Shown here piece after piece: positions 1-9,230 of a stretch of DNA of 64,000 nucleotides. Source of the DNA: an uncultured Chloroflexia bacterium (GTDB taxonomy: Bacteria > Chloroflexota > Dehalococcoidia > DSTF01 > JALHUB01). The position numbers and the translations under genes are program-made. The stretch covers positions 1,056,001 to 1,120,000 of the forward strand of contig OY969814.1 of the NCBI GenBank assembly GCA_963703345.1, read 5' to 3'. Positions within the stretch are counted from its first letter, which is position 1, and each line of letters opens with the position of its first letter. The notes beneath the pieces were generated by a model, which ran no database searches, was not told where the DNA came from, and saw only the letters and a program-made list of their open reading frames with translations.

Positions 1-1054
1 GGTCCCATACGGTTGCCTCGGCCATAGCCATCCCGTACAGCTCGAAGTTGTTCATGGGCCCGCTGGCGCCGTTCTGGAACTTGTCCCAAATCTTCTCGTA
101 CTTCTGAACACCGGGCACATCCGTGTTATACGCTTGATAGCCGAAGGTGGAGCTTATTATGCCCTCCGAGTTCTTTCCGGCCAGTGCCAGGAAGATATCG
201 CTGGCGTTGATGGCGCTCACGACGATGGGAACTTGCCAGTTGAGAGTGTCGCGTGCGGTGGTGACGAGGCTGGCAGCCTGAGGCGGGATGGCGAAGACAG
301 CAAGTATGTCGGCGCCGGCGTTCTTCAGCCGCTGAGTTTGGGCAGAGACATCAGACTGAACGACGTCGTACTTCTCCACGGCGACGATACTGACGTCGCT
401 GCTCTCGATTCCCGCCCGCAGGCCCTTCTCGCCGTCCTGACCGAGCTCGTCGCTTTGCTCCAGGATGCCCAGCTTGGCGCCGGGGTAGGTCTTGGCTATC
501 CACTGGCCGAGGAACGTGCCCTCGGTGATGTAGTCGGGATTGCCCGCAAAGCGGTTCTTGGAGAGGGGATTCGTCCACAAGTCCAGGCCTGTCGACAGAT
601 ACATGTCGGGGATGCCCTTCTCCTCAAGATACTTGTACACCGCCGCATGAGTCTCCTCACCCAGGCCGCTGATGATGCCGAAGACTTTGTCCTGCTCCAC
701 CAGCATCCGCACGACCTCAACGGTGTCCGGCGGGTTGTAGTGGTCGTCGGCGATGATGAAGTTGATCTTTCGACCGTAGACGCCGCCCTGGGCATTGATA
801 TAGTCGAAGAAGGCTTTCATGCCGTAGGCGATGGGCGCGTAGACGGCGGCAGGATTCCCGCTGAGAGGATAGTGTGTGCCCAGCTTGATCTCCGTGTCGG
901 ACACGCCCGTCGAATCGCCGGCACCTACGGGGGTGCCTCCAGGAGTAGTTGCGGCCTTCTCCTTGGCCCCTCCAGCGCAAGCGCTCGCCATCAGCACGAT
1001 GGCGATGAGGACCACGCTCAGCGCGGTCCAGCCCAGCTTCTTGAGCGATGACAT
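1..1054 (-). CDS. ABC transporter substrate-binding lipoprotein (branched-chain amino acid/LivK-like family); 3' end runs off the window
   Basis: Manual minus-strand translation: MSSLKKLGWTALSVVLIAIVLMASAC (lipobox-like)...GVSDTEIKLG...INAQGGVYGRKINFIIADDHYNPPDT. Open to position 1, so absent from the ORF track. Confidence 0.85.
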   Translation of the reverse strand, partial: MSSLKKLGWTALSVVLIAIVLMASACAGGAKEKAATTPGGTPVGAGDSTGVSDTEIKLGTHYPLSGNPAAVYAPIAYGMKAFFDYINAQGGVYGRKINFIIADDHYNPPDTVEVVRMLVEQDKVFGIISGLGEETHAAVYKYLEEKGIPDMYLSTGLDLWTNPLSKNRFAGNPDYITEGTFLGQWIAKTYPGAKLGILEQSDELGQDGEKGLRAGIESSDVSIVAVEKYDVVQSDVSAQTQRLKNAGADILAVFAIPPQAASLVTTARDTLNWQVPIVVSAINASDIFLALAGKNSEGIISSTFGYQAYNTDVPGVQKYEKIWDKFQNGASGPMNNFELYGMAMAEATVWD

Positions 1055-1368
1055 TGTTCACCCACTGGTGATGAATAAAGACCGCAGGCACCGGAGGGTC
1101 TCCGGTGATGCATGACAGAATACTAACATTATCAGTCTGTTACGGAGCGTGCAATTGGCTCTAGTTAGTCGATAGCTGAGCGACAAACCCTGCCACAGGT
1201 GGGCCAGTGTGACTGACGCGAAGTCTTGCCCAATCACCTGAATCCCTTTCAGGCGGTCGAGTACGGATCGAGAAGACCTGACAGTGTCGGGGCGCTTGGC
1301 GCTCAACGCCAGCTAACGGGTCCAACGAAATACGAGGCGGGCCGCGGCGCCGGCAACCAACAGTGTTC

Positions 1369-1701
1369 CTACCAGCGCCATCGCTCTCCGTAATCTCCCA
1401 AGTGTGGCTCTGTCCCCATCAGGCCAGTCCCGACTGTTGGTCCAGTGATGACAGGCCCGGGAATGTGCTCTGCCGTCGCGGCAGGGATTGATGTTGCCAC
1501 GACCGCAGGCTCGGGCACGGCGCCAGGTTGGTCCTCCATAGCTGAGAGGCCGTTGCCCAGCCCATCCGTGGCGTAGACGCGATCGGTCGTCGGGTTGGCC
1601 GCGACGGCACTGGGATGGTGGCCGAGAGGGACTGTGGCCACGATCGCGTTGGTAGCACCGTCTATCACCGAGACGCCGTCAAGAGAGTGAGAGCATGTGT
1701 A
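1369..1701 (-). pseudogene. 3' fragment of a YVTN/YncE beta-propeller protein
   Basis: YTCSHSLDGVSVIDGATNAIVATVPLGHHPSAVAANPTTDRVYAT is about 1.5 YVTN repeats, followed by a Pro/Thr/Ala linker. The 5' part is missing. Confidence 0.7.
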
Positions 1702-1702
1702 A

Positions 1703-1958
1703 TGCGCTGTGATTGGCCTTCCCGACCCCATCTGGGGCGAAGAGGTGGTGGCCATCATCGTGCGCCAGCCCGGTGAGACACTAACCCCCGAGGAGGTGCA
1801 GGAGTTCTGCAAGGAGCGCCTGGCCCAGCTACAAGACGCCGCGCGAGGTGAGGTTCCGCGAGGAACTCCCTAAGATTCTCGCGGGCAAGGTGATCAAGAA
1901 GGCCCTAAGGGAAGAGCTGATGCAGGAGCGCGGAAAGGGGCAGAGTACTTCCACCTGA
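1703..1958 (+). pseudogene. 3' fragment of an acyl-CoA synthetase (AMP-binding C-terminal domain), frameshifted
   Basis: CAVIGLPDPIWGEEVVAIIV...EFCKERLA, then a 1-nt shift near 1826, then SYKTPREVRFREELPKILAGKVIKKALRE. No start codon. Confidence 0.8.
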
Positions 1959-1971
1959 CGTCGCTCCTCAG

Positions 1972-3174
1972 CTAACCCCGCGGCAGGTCGAGGCCCGCCC
2001 GCGCGATGATGTCACGCATGACCTCCGACGCACCGGCACCGATTGTCCCCTGCACGGCGTCAAGATAGCCGTGGGCGACGATGCCACCGAGCACCGTCCT
2101 CGCCGACGCCGGCAGGAGTCCGCCGTACAGTCCGACGACCTCCATTGCGACCGCTCCGAGTCGCTGCGTCATCTCGGTGTTGAACGCTTTGACCAGCGCC
2201 GCCTCGTAAGTCAGCGTACGGCCCTGACTGCGCAGCCACTGCGCCCGATACGTCAGCAGGCGCGCCACCTCGAACTCGACCGCCAGGTCGGCGAGGCGCT
2301 GGCGCAACGTTGTGTCTTTGCCAAGCGGCCGGCCGTCCTTCTGCACGCGCTTCGCGTACTCGAGGACCGACTCGAACAGGCGGCGCTGACTGCACCAGTG
2401 ATAGAGCGCCAGCCGCTCCGATGCCAGCGCCGACGTCACGATCTGCCATGCCCGGTTCTCCTCGCCCACCAGCCAGCGACGGGGCACGCGCACGTCCTCG
2501 AACGTCACTTCCGTGAACCAGCAAATATCCAACAGGTTAGGGAGAGAGCGAACGGAGACGCCGGGCACGTCCATCGGCGTCAGGAAGAGGGAGAGAGCCC
2601 GATGCCGGGGGGCATCGGGGTCGGTGCGCGCCAGCAGCCAGCAGTATTGAGAGACGTCGGCGCCGCTGGTGTAGACCTTCGCCCCGTTTATCACGTAGTC
2701 GTCGCCGTCGAGCACCGCCCGCGTCCGCAGCGACGCTAGGTCAGAGCCCGCTTCCGGCTCCGTGTAGCCGAGGCATACGTCGGCCTCGCCGCGTGCGATT
2801 CTTGGCAGGACCTCTTTCTTCAGCTCTTCGTTGCCCCAGGCCAGCAGTGTCGGCGCGATTATCGTCCGGCCCATGCTCTCCGCGCCGGGCACGTTGTGGT
2901 ACGCGAGCTCCTCATCGACGATCATCTGGTAGACCAGGGGCTTGCCGCCGCCGCCGTACTCGATAGGCCAGCTCAGAGCCAGCCAGCCCTTGGCTCCGAG
3001 CTTCAGCTCAGCCTCCCGCGACGGCATATAGCCCGGGACGTGCGGCTCCGGCGTGGGCAGGCTCGAACCGTCGGGGAGGGTGCCGGAGTGACGGTCGAGC
3101 GGGTACTCCCGGTCCAGGTATTCGCGAACCTCGCGCCTGAAGGCTTCTTCTTCCGGAGAAAACCTGAAGTCCAT
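1972..3174 (-). CDS. Acyl-CoA dehydrogenase (FadE-like)
   Basis: MDFRFSPEEEAFR start, CLGYTEPEAGSDLASL, INGAKVYTS, C-terminal TIGAGASEVMRDIIA. Confidence 0.92.
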   Translation of the reverse strand: MDFRFSPEEEAFRREVREYLDREYPLDRHSGTLPDGSSLPTPEPHVPGYMPSREAELKLGAKGWLALSWPIEYGGGGKPLVYQMIVDEELAYHNVPGAESMGRTIIAPTLLAWGNEELKKEVLPRIARGEADVCLGYTEPEAGSDLASLRTRAVLDGDDYVINGAKVYTSGADVSQYCWLLARTDPDAPRHRALSLFLTPMDVPGVSVRSLPNLLDICWFTEVTFEDVRVPRRWLVGEENRAWQIVTSALASERLALYHWCSQRRLFESVLEYAKRVQKDGRPLGKDTTLRQRLADLAVEFEVARLLTYRAQWLRSQGRTLTYEAALVKAFNTEMTQRLGAVAMEVVGLYGGLLPASARTVLGGIVAHGYLDAVQGTIGAGASEVMRDIIARAGLDLPRG

Positions 3175-3197
3175 CGGCCGGCAATCCTTCCTGGATG

Positions 3198-3644
3198 CTA
3201 CCCGGTAGGCACGAACACCACGTCGTTCGGCGTCCAGTCCACCAGGCGGCGGAACTTGGCGCGCACGGGCATGCCGATGTAGACTTCCTCCGGTTTGCAT
3301 CCCGTCACGCGGGAGAGGAAGACGGTGTCGATCCCCTCAAGCTCGATGTAGGCGAGGACGAACGGCACGTCAGCCATGAAGGCCTCGGCGGCGAAGTGGA
3401 GAACCGAGAAGCTATGGACCTTGCCCGCCTGAGGCGCCTCGAACCATTCAGTCGGCTTACCGCAGACACCGCAGTCGCGTCGCGGCGGCAGCCACGTGCG
3501 CCCACAACTCGGGCAGCGGGTGGCCAGGAGCTTCCTCTTCTGTAGACCGAGGAAGAAATCGGTCACCTCGCCGTAGCTGTGGATCGAATCGATCTCGTAG
3601 TGGCGGCCCACCTGCAGCGGGTTCGTGTTGTAAACGTGCGTCAT
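3198..3644 (-). CDS. Zn-ribbon/OB-fold protein (DUF35 family), thiolase partner
   Basis: RCPSCGRTWLPPRRDCGVCG ribbon plus OB-fold (PFVLAYIELEG, IGMPV); directly downstream of a thiolase. Confidence 0.9.
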   Translation of the reverse strand: MTHVYNTNPLQVGRHYEIDSIHSYGEVTDFFLGLQKRKLLATRCPSCGRTWLPPRRDCGVCGKPTEWFEAPQAGKVHSFSVLHFAAEAFMADVPFVLAYIELEGIDTVFLSRVTGCKPEEVYIGMPVRAKFRRLVDWTPNDVVFVPTG

Positions 3645-3692
3645 AATGCGCCCCCTATCTTCGCAAACCTAAACGACAAGCCTTGTCCCGAC

Positions 3693-4976
3693 CTAGGCTC
3701 GTTCCAATATGTTCACGGCTATGTACGTGCCGGTACCGGCGTGGCTATGGATAAGGCCACGCTTGGCGTTCTCGACCTGGATCTTCGAGCCGTCTATTCC
3801 CGCCGCGGGGTCGCCGCAGTGCCGTGAAATTGAGCCCTGAAGTTGCCACAGTGCGAAGACGCCCTGCATGATGCCGGTGGCGCCCACGGGGTGGCCGCAG
3901 GCCAGCAGGCCTCCGGAGGGGTTGACCGGCAGCGTGCCGCCGACGTAAGGATGACCCTCCTCCACGAAGCGGCCTCCCTGCCCGTAAAGGGCAAAGCCCA
4001 TATCCTCGTAGGTCTGGAGTTCGCTGGAGGCGTAGGCATCGTGCACTTCTGCGAAGTCGATCTGCTCAAGCGGCCTGGTGATGTTCGCCTGCTGGTACGC
4101 CTGGCGTGCCGCCTCTCGCCCTCCGCGGAATGAGGCTACCCCTGGCCAGCGGCCGGCAAGGTAGTCGTATTTTCCGGGCTCGTCGCCGGGCAGGGGTATA
4201 ACATCACCGCGGGGCCTGTCGCCCAGCCGCATCGTGTCGGTGCCGCAACCCAGGCCAGCGATGACAACGTAGTCGCCATCCGGGCGCAACCGCTTCGCCC
4301 ACTCCTCCGTGCACAGTATCAGGCAGGCGGCGCCGTCGCTCATCACGCAGACCATCGGCCTGGTGAGCGGCGTGGCGATGATGGGTGCCTTAATGACCTC
4401 TTCGACTGTCCAGCGCTCGTGCTTCTGCGCCCAGCGGTTGTGGAAGGCGTTGTCGTAGTTCTTCACCGCGATCTTCGCCATTTGCTCCGACGTCGTGCCG
4501 AACTCGTGCATGTGGCGCTGGGCCATGTTCGCGTAGTAGCCGGAGTAGTAACCCCCCACGGGGAAGTCGAAGTCGGTATCCGAGGCAAGGGCGATGAACT
4601 CGTTGCCTTTCTCCGTGTTGACCTCGCTCATCTTCTCAAAGCCATAGACGAGGCAGACCTCGGAGAGGCCGGAGGCTATGTCCATGTAACCTGCCCGAAT
4701 TCCCAGGCCACCGGTGGCGCCGCCGCCCTCGATGCGCATGGACGGCTTCGGGCACATGGCAAGGTAGTCTTGAGTGAGAGAGTCGAACAGAAGCTGGCTG
4801 TTGAAGTGGTCGGAGAAGTAGGTGCAGATGGTAGTTTGGATATCCCGCAATTCGAGCCGTCCGTTGAGATCATTGAGGGCATAATCCAGGGCATCCTTAC
4901 ACATCGCTTCCTGGGTCAGCAGGTTCGCCTTAGCGAACTTGGTTATCCCGCCAGAGACAATGCAAACCCTTGACAT
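3693..4976 (-). CDS. Thiolase-family (SCP2-thiolase-like) protein lacking the N-terminal catalytic Cys
   Basis: EVHDAY and NPSGGLLACGHPVGATG motifs. EGGGATGG stands where xACASG is usual. Confidence 0.88.
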   Translation of the reverse strand: MSRVCIVSGGITKFAKANLLTQEAMCKDALDYALNDLNGRLELRDIQTTICTYFSDHFNSQLLFDSLTQDYLAMCPKPSMRIEGGGATGGLGIRAGYMDIASGLSEVCLVYGFEKMSEVNTEKGNEFIALASDTDFDFPVGGYYSGYYANMAQRHMHEFGTTSEQMAKIAVKNYDNAFHNRWAQKHERWTVEEVIKAPIIATPLTRPMVCVMSDGAACLILCTEEWAKRLRPDGDYVVIAGLGCGTDTMRLGDRPRGDVIPLPGDEPGKYDYLAGRWPGVASFRGGREAARQAYQQANITRPLEQIDFAEVHDAYASSELQTYEDMGFALYGQGGRFVEEGHPYVGGTLPVNPSGGLLACGHPVGATGIMQGVFALWQLQGSISRHCGDPAAGIDGSKIQVENAKRGLIHSHAGTGTYIAVNILERA

Positions 4977-5168
4977 AGCGGTATCGGTCTCCTTCCTTGA
5001 CTGGGTTGCCCCAGTTGAGCAAATAATAGCCCGCCAGTCTTCAAATGGGCTAGCGCTCGCGGCCTCATGCTACCGTGGCCGGGGCGATAGGCTCAACAGG
5101 TGGCGGATCGCGTCGCCCGATTGTCCTTCAGCAGTCTTGGGGCTGGCGTCAGCAGGAGACCCATCGCC

Positions 5169-5858
5169 ATGAAAAAGGTCTATGCCACCGCCGCGGAGGC
5201 GATTGCCGACGTTGATGACGGCGCCGTCATCATGTTCGGCGGCTTCTTCTCGAACGGCAGTCCCACCAACCTCATCCTGGCCCTTGCAGAGAGGGGCACC
5301 AAGAATATCACAGCCATGTCCAACAACATCGGTCTGGTAGACCGGCTGGACATCCTCTGCCAGAACAAGCAGTTGCGTAAGTTCATCGGCGCCTTCCCAT
5401 TCCGCGCCACTAGCCAGGGGCGCCCCCTTATCCAGGAGGCGTTCATGGCCAAAGAGGTCGAGGTGGAGATAGTGCCGATGGGTACATTCATAGAGCGGAT
5501 AAGGGCTGGCGGCGCCGGCATCGGCGGCTTCTACACGCCGACAGGCATTGGCACCGTGGTTGCGGAAGGCAAGGAAGAGAGGACCATAAACGGCGTGCGC
5601 TACCTGCTGGAGATGCCCCTCAAGGCCGACTTCGCCTTCATCAAGGCCTTCAAGGCCGACACAATGGGCAATCTGATCTACCGCGGGTCCATGCGGAACT
5701 TCAACCCGGTCATGGCCACCGCAGCCCGTATCACCATCGCTGACGTCGAGGAGATCGTGGAGGTGGGGGAACTGGACCCGGAAACAATCATTACCCCCGG
5801 CATCTTCGTGGATAGAATAGTGAAGGGGCCCAAACATGACCCAGATGGGTTTGACTAG
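5169..5858 (+). CDS. 3-oxoacid CoA-transferase subunit A (ScoA/PcaI family)
   Basis: DGAVIMFGGF, ERIRAGGAGIGGFYTPTG, RNFNPVMATAA; AGGAG upstream of the ATG. Confidence 0.92.
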   Translation: MKKVYATAAEAIADVDDGAVIMFGGFFSNGSPTNLILALAERGTKNITAMSNNIGLVDRLDILCQNKQLRKFIGAFPFRATSQGRPLIQEAFMAKEVEVEIVPMGTFIERIRAGGAGIGGFYTPTGIGTVVAEGKEERTINGVRYLLEMPLKADFAFIKAFKADTMGNLIYRGSMRNFNPVMATAARITIADVEEIVEVGELDPETIITPGIFVDRIVKGPKHDPDGFD

Positions 5859-6504
5859 GGAGCAGATCGCGCGTAGGGTGGCGCGGGAGCTCCAGGACGG
5901 CATGATCGTGAACCTGGGCATCGGCATCCCAACGCTCGTGTCTGACTACACTCCCGACGGCGTCAACGTTATCTTTCAGGCGGAGAACGGCATCCTCGGC
6001 TACGGGCCCATCTCGGCCGATGAGAGCCGTATCGACTGGGACCGCATAAACGCCAGCGGCCAGCCCGTCACCCTCCTGCCGGGAGCCTGCTTCTTTCACA
6101 GCGCCGATTCCTTCACAATGATCCGGGGCGGCCACGTCGACCTCGCCGTTCTCGGCGGCCTCCAGGTGTCCGAGAAGGGCGACCTCGCCAACTGGATGGT
6201 GCCGTCGCGGGGAATGGGCAGCATAGGCGGCGCCATGGATCTCGCAGTGGGAGCCAAGCGGGTGGTCATCGCCATGGAGCACGCCACCAAGACGGGCGAG
6301 CCGCGCATTGTCATTGAATGCTCCTACCCGCTCACGGGCGCTAGCGTCGTCGACCTCATCGTCACCAACCTCGCGGTCATCCAGGTTACGCCGGCAGGCC
6401 TCCTGCTCAAGGAGCTAGCTCACGGCGTGAGCCCCGAGTACGTGCAGTCGCTCACGGAGCCGGTACTCATTCCCGCGCCGGATCTGCGGGAGATGGATCT
6501 GTAG
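5836..6504 (+). CDS. 3-oxoacid CoA-transferase subunit B (ScoB/PcaJ family)
   Basis: VNLGIGIPT, catalytic QAENG (usually SENG), GDLANW, GGAMDL; overlaps the subunit A stop. Confidence 0.92.
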   Translation: MTQMGLTREQIARRVARELQDGMIVNLGIGIPTLVSDYTPDGVNVIFQAENGILGYGPISADESRIDWDRINASGQPVTLLPGACFFHSADSFTMIRGGHVDLAVLGGLQVSEKGDLANWMVPSRGMGSIGGAMDLAVGAKRVVIAMEHATKTGEPRIVIECSYPLTGASVVDLIVTNLAVIQVTPAGLLLKELAHGVSPEYVQSLTEPVLIPAPDLREMDL

Positions 6505-6606
6505 AGGCTGTGAGTAAGCCTGGGCAGGCCAATTCATTGGCGGCTGGTGCGCCTAAGGCGCATCACCCGCTGCCTGGAAAACAGATGGTCACCGATCTGC
6601 GGCACG

Positions 6607-6631
6607 AAAAGGCCGGGCTCAACGCCCGGCT
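6607..6631 (-). terminator. Rho-independent terminator downstream of the tRNA-Gly remnant
   Basis: Minus strand reads AGCCGGGC-gttga-GCCCGGCC-TTTT. Confidence 0.65.
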
Positions 6632-6659
6632 TCCTATCTAGTGTACCGTGAGAAAACGT

Positions 6660-6704
6660 TGGAGCGGGAAACGGGACTCGAACCCGCGACCCTCTGTTTG
6701 GGAA
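6660..6704 (-). pseudogene. 3' half of tRNA-Gly(CCC), likely an att-site remnant
   Basis: Minus strand TTCCCAAACAGAGGGTCGCGGGTTCGAGTCCCGTTTCCCGCTCCA gives anticodon loop, T-arm and acceptor with TCCA end. No D-arm or 5' acceptor strand upstream. Confidence 0.85.
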
Positions 6705-6793
6705 GGATGGAGTCTTAACACCCACAGATAAGCCCCCATGCTCGGCTCACTTCAACACCACTACCAAGAACTTGCCTAGCGCCTCCGGCGAGG

Positions 6794-7555
6794 TCAGCTG
6801 CGGACGTACGCGCCGCCGGTTATGCAGAACACTTCGCCTGTCATGTAGCTCGACTGATCACTGGCGATGAACAGCGCGAGATTCGCGATGTCCTCCGGCG
6901 CCCCCAGTCGTCCGAGCAAGGTTCCCCGCCGCCAGTCCTCGAAGAACTCCGGCGAATACACCCGCCTCAAGAACTCGTTGTAGATTAGCCCGGGAGCGAT
7001 CGCGTTGACCCGAACGCCTTTGCCGGCGACCTCGGCGGCTACAGCTCGCGTGAACGCCATAATCCCCGCCTTCGCCGCGCAATAGTGCGCCTCGCCTTCA
7101 TTCGACGCCATCCAGCCGACCGACGATGACATGTTGATGATGTTGCCGCTGCCGCGCCCCATCATGTGGGGAAGGACGGCGCGCGTGCAATGGAAGGTGC
7201 CTCTGAGGTTGACGCCGATCACCAGGTCCCACGTCTCATCGCTCATTTCCCAGACTGGCTGCAGCCGGTTGATGCCGGCATTGTTCATTAGGATGTTGAC
7301 TCTACCGTACTTGTCAACCGCGGCGTCGACCATCTGCTGCACTTGGGTCGTGCTGGTGACATTGACCTCGAGGCCCACGACCTCGCGCCCGGCCTCTTTG
7401 CTCATTGCCTCTGCCTGCTCCTGGACGCGCCGGGCGTGCGCATCGCTGATGACCACCTCAGCTCCCTCTTGCAGAAACCGGCGCGCAACCGCTTGCCCGA
7501 TTCCGGCACCGGCTGCCCCTGTCACGATGGCTACCTGTCCGTCTAGCTGGCCCAT
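6794..7555 (-). CDS. SDR oxidoreductase, similar to IpdF/FabG-type 3-hydroxyacyl-CoA reductases
   Basis: TGAAGAGIG, NNAG, YCAAK; VVISDAHARR and GWMA segments recall mycobacterial IpdF. Confidence 0.88.
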   Translation of the reverse strand: MGQLDGQVAIVTGAAGAGIGQAVARRFLQEGAEVVISDAHARRVQEQAEAMSKEAGREVVGLEVNVTSTTQVQQMVDAAVDKYGRVNILMNNAGINRLQPVWEMSDETWDLVIGVNLRGTFHCTRAVLPHMMGRGSGNIINMSSSVGWMASNEGEAHYCAAKAGIMAFTRAVAAEVAGKGVRVNAIAPGLIYNEFLRRVYSPEFFEDWRRGTLLGRLGAPEDIANLALFIASDQSSYMTGEVFCITGGAYVRS

Positions 7556-7557
7556 GG

Positions 7558-8391
7558 CTAGGCCTCCTTTGCCCTGTAGACGCCGCCCCTCCGTGGGTAC
7601 TGCCGGTAGTCGGGATCCCGGCGCTCCAGGAACGCCTTCTTGCCTTCATCGGCCTCGCCGCTCTTGAAGAAGTCAGGCGCGAACTCGCCGATCCAGTCGC
7701 GCAGCGATGCCTCCCGCAGTGGGTCGTAGACGGAGCGGAACGTGGCCTTGAGGATCTTGAGGCAGCTCGGGCTCTTCGCCATCAGCTCCCCGCACCATTG
7801 ATCGACTTCTTCGTCCAACTTCTCCTTGGGTACCACAGCGTTCACTAACCCCATCTGCAGCGCCTCCTGGGCCGAGTAGGTCCGGCAGAGCATCCATATC
7901 TCCCGCGCCTTCTTGTGACCAACGACCCACGTAAGGAACGACACCCAGTGCCCCGAAGCGGGGCTGCCCACGCGCGGGCCGACCTGCCGGAAGGTGGCGT
8001 GCTCGGCGGCGATGGTGAGGTCGCAGAAGTAGGCCAGGTGGTTGCCGCCGCCGACCGCGTGCCCGTTAACCCGCGCGATCACCGGCTTGAGGCAATCCTC
8101 GATGCCCGAGTGGGGGTCGAAATCTGGGCTGCCCCACGTGCCCTCCTGTTGGAACTCCGCCAGCCACTTCACGTCCGCCCCCGCGCAGAAAGCTCGTTCC
8201 CCCGCACCCGTCATGACTATCACCCCCACGCTCTCATCAGCGTTGGCGTCGTCGACGGCCTGTCGCATCTCCGCCAGCGTCTCGCCGGTGAAGGAGTTCA
8301 TGGCATCTGGCCGGTTGATGGTGATCCACGCAGCCCCGCGGACGCGATCGTGCTTCCGGTAGAGGATGTCCTTGAAACCTAAGTCAGCCAT
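7558..8391 (-). CDS. Crotonase-family enzyme of the MenB/BadI (ring-cleaving hydrolase) type
   Basis: WITINRP, AFCAGAD, QVGPRVGS, GHKKAREIWMLCRTYSAQEALQMGLVN; GGGAGG RBS before ATG 8391. Confidence 0.85.
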   Translation of the reverse strand: MADLGFKDILYRKHDRVRGAAWITINRPDAMNSFTGETLAEMRQAVDDANADESVGVIVMTGAGERAFCAGADVKWLAEFQQEGTWGSPDFDPHSGIEDCLKPVIARVNGHAVGGGNHLAYFCDLTIAAEHATFRQVGPRVGSPASGHWVSFLTWVVGHKKAREIWMLCRTYSAQEALQMGLVNAVVPKEKLDEEVDQWCGELMAKSPSCLKILKATFRSVYDPLREASLRDWIGEFAPDFFKSGEADEGKKAFLERRDPDYRQYPRRGGVYRAKEA

Positions 8392-8715
8392 GTCAGAAAC
8401 CTCCCTGTCGTTACCCTCCATCACGTCGACCCGGGGTGATAGGCGTAGCGCCAACCGATACACAAACGCGCTCAGCCACCCTCGCCTAGGGTATCACACT
8501 AACGAGTGAAGGCTGCAGATGGCGCCGGAACTCAGCGGCCCCACGGAATGACGACCGGTGTCTCCGCCTGGTCCTGCCCGTGGGGCAACAATATTGGATC
8601 CGTATCTGCGGAGGTCAGCGCCGGCCCACTCGTACTCGTGGCGGAGACCACCGAGAACCGGTGGGCCGATCTTCCCTCAGGCCTTGTCGCCCGGGCTCCA
8701 CCTCGCATGAGCCGG

Positions 8716-8743
8716 GGTGCCCTCAAAGGTCGTTATTTCGAAA
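8716..8743 (+). repeat. Dispersed att-like motif, copy 1 (right half only)
   Basis: GGTGCCCTCAAAGGTCGTTATTTCGAAA matches the copies at 10803 and 25896. Confidence 0.6.
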
Positions 8744-8772
8744 CTAACTGGTCGATGTTCTTGAATCGACCG

Positions 8773-9018
8773 ACGTCCTGCGACGGCGACGGCGTGTGCG
8801 TGAGCAAGACCGTGGGCGGAAGTGACCCTCCCATATCTGTACGACCGCGAGGTCGGCCTGCCGGTGCTCATCGACGACGGCGGCCCGCTGGTCCGAGATC
8901 GAGGACCTGGGCGTGACGAAGTACCTGCTGAACAATGCTCTCGGCTCCGTGCGCGGGCTGACGGACGCAAGCGGAGCGCTTTCTGGCACGGTCAACTCCC
9001 ACGTCTTCGTCGCCTGGG
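8773..9018 (+). pseudogene. Degraded RHS repeat-associated core fragment
   Basis: Three frames piece together as DGDGVCVSKTVGG / PYLYDREVGLPVLIDDG / KYLLNNALGSVRGLTDASGALSGT, the D-x-LGS-VR pattern of RHS cores. Confidence 0.7.
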
Positions 9019-9230
9019 ACGACCGGGCCGGCGGTTCTTCTGTCGGTAGGACAATTGGTCGCGGAGTTTCGCGGTGCTGCCCAGGGCGCGGCGCGACGGA
9101 CTGTCAGAGCACATGCGTGGAGTTGTCTTGTCCACGCGGGTCACGCTATGTTGGCGGCAGCATATCCCATTACACGAAGGCCGCCCGGCGTCGTTAGACC
9201 AGAACGACCGTATGAAGAAAGGGGGCACGA

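Noticed and set aside
134-1051. 305-aa plus-strand ORF
   Set aside because: Antisense shadow of the minus-strand ABC binding-protein gene.
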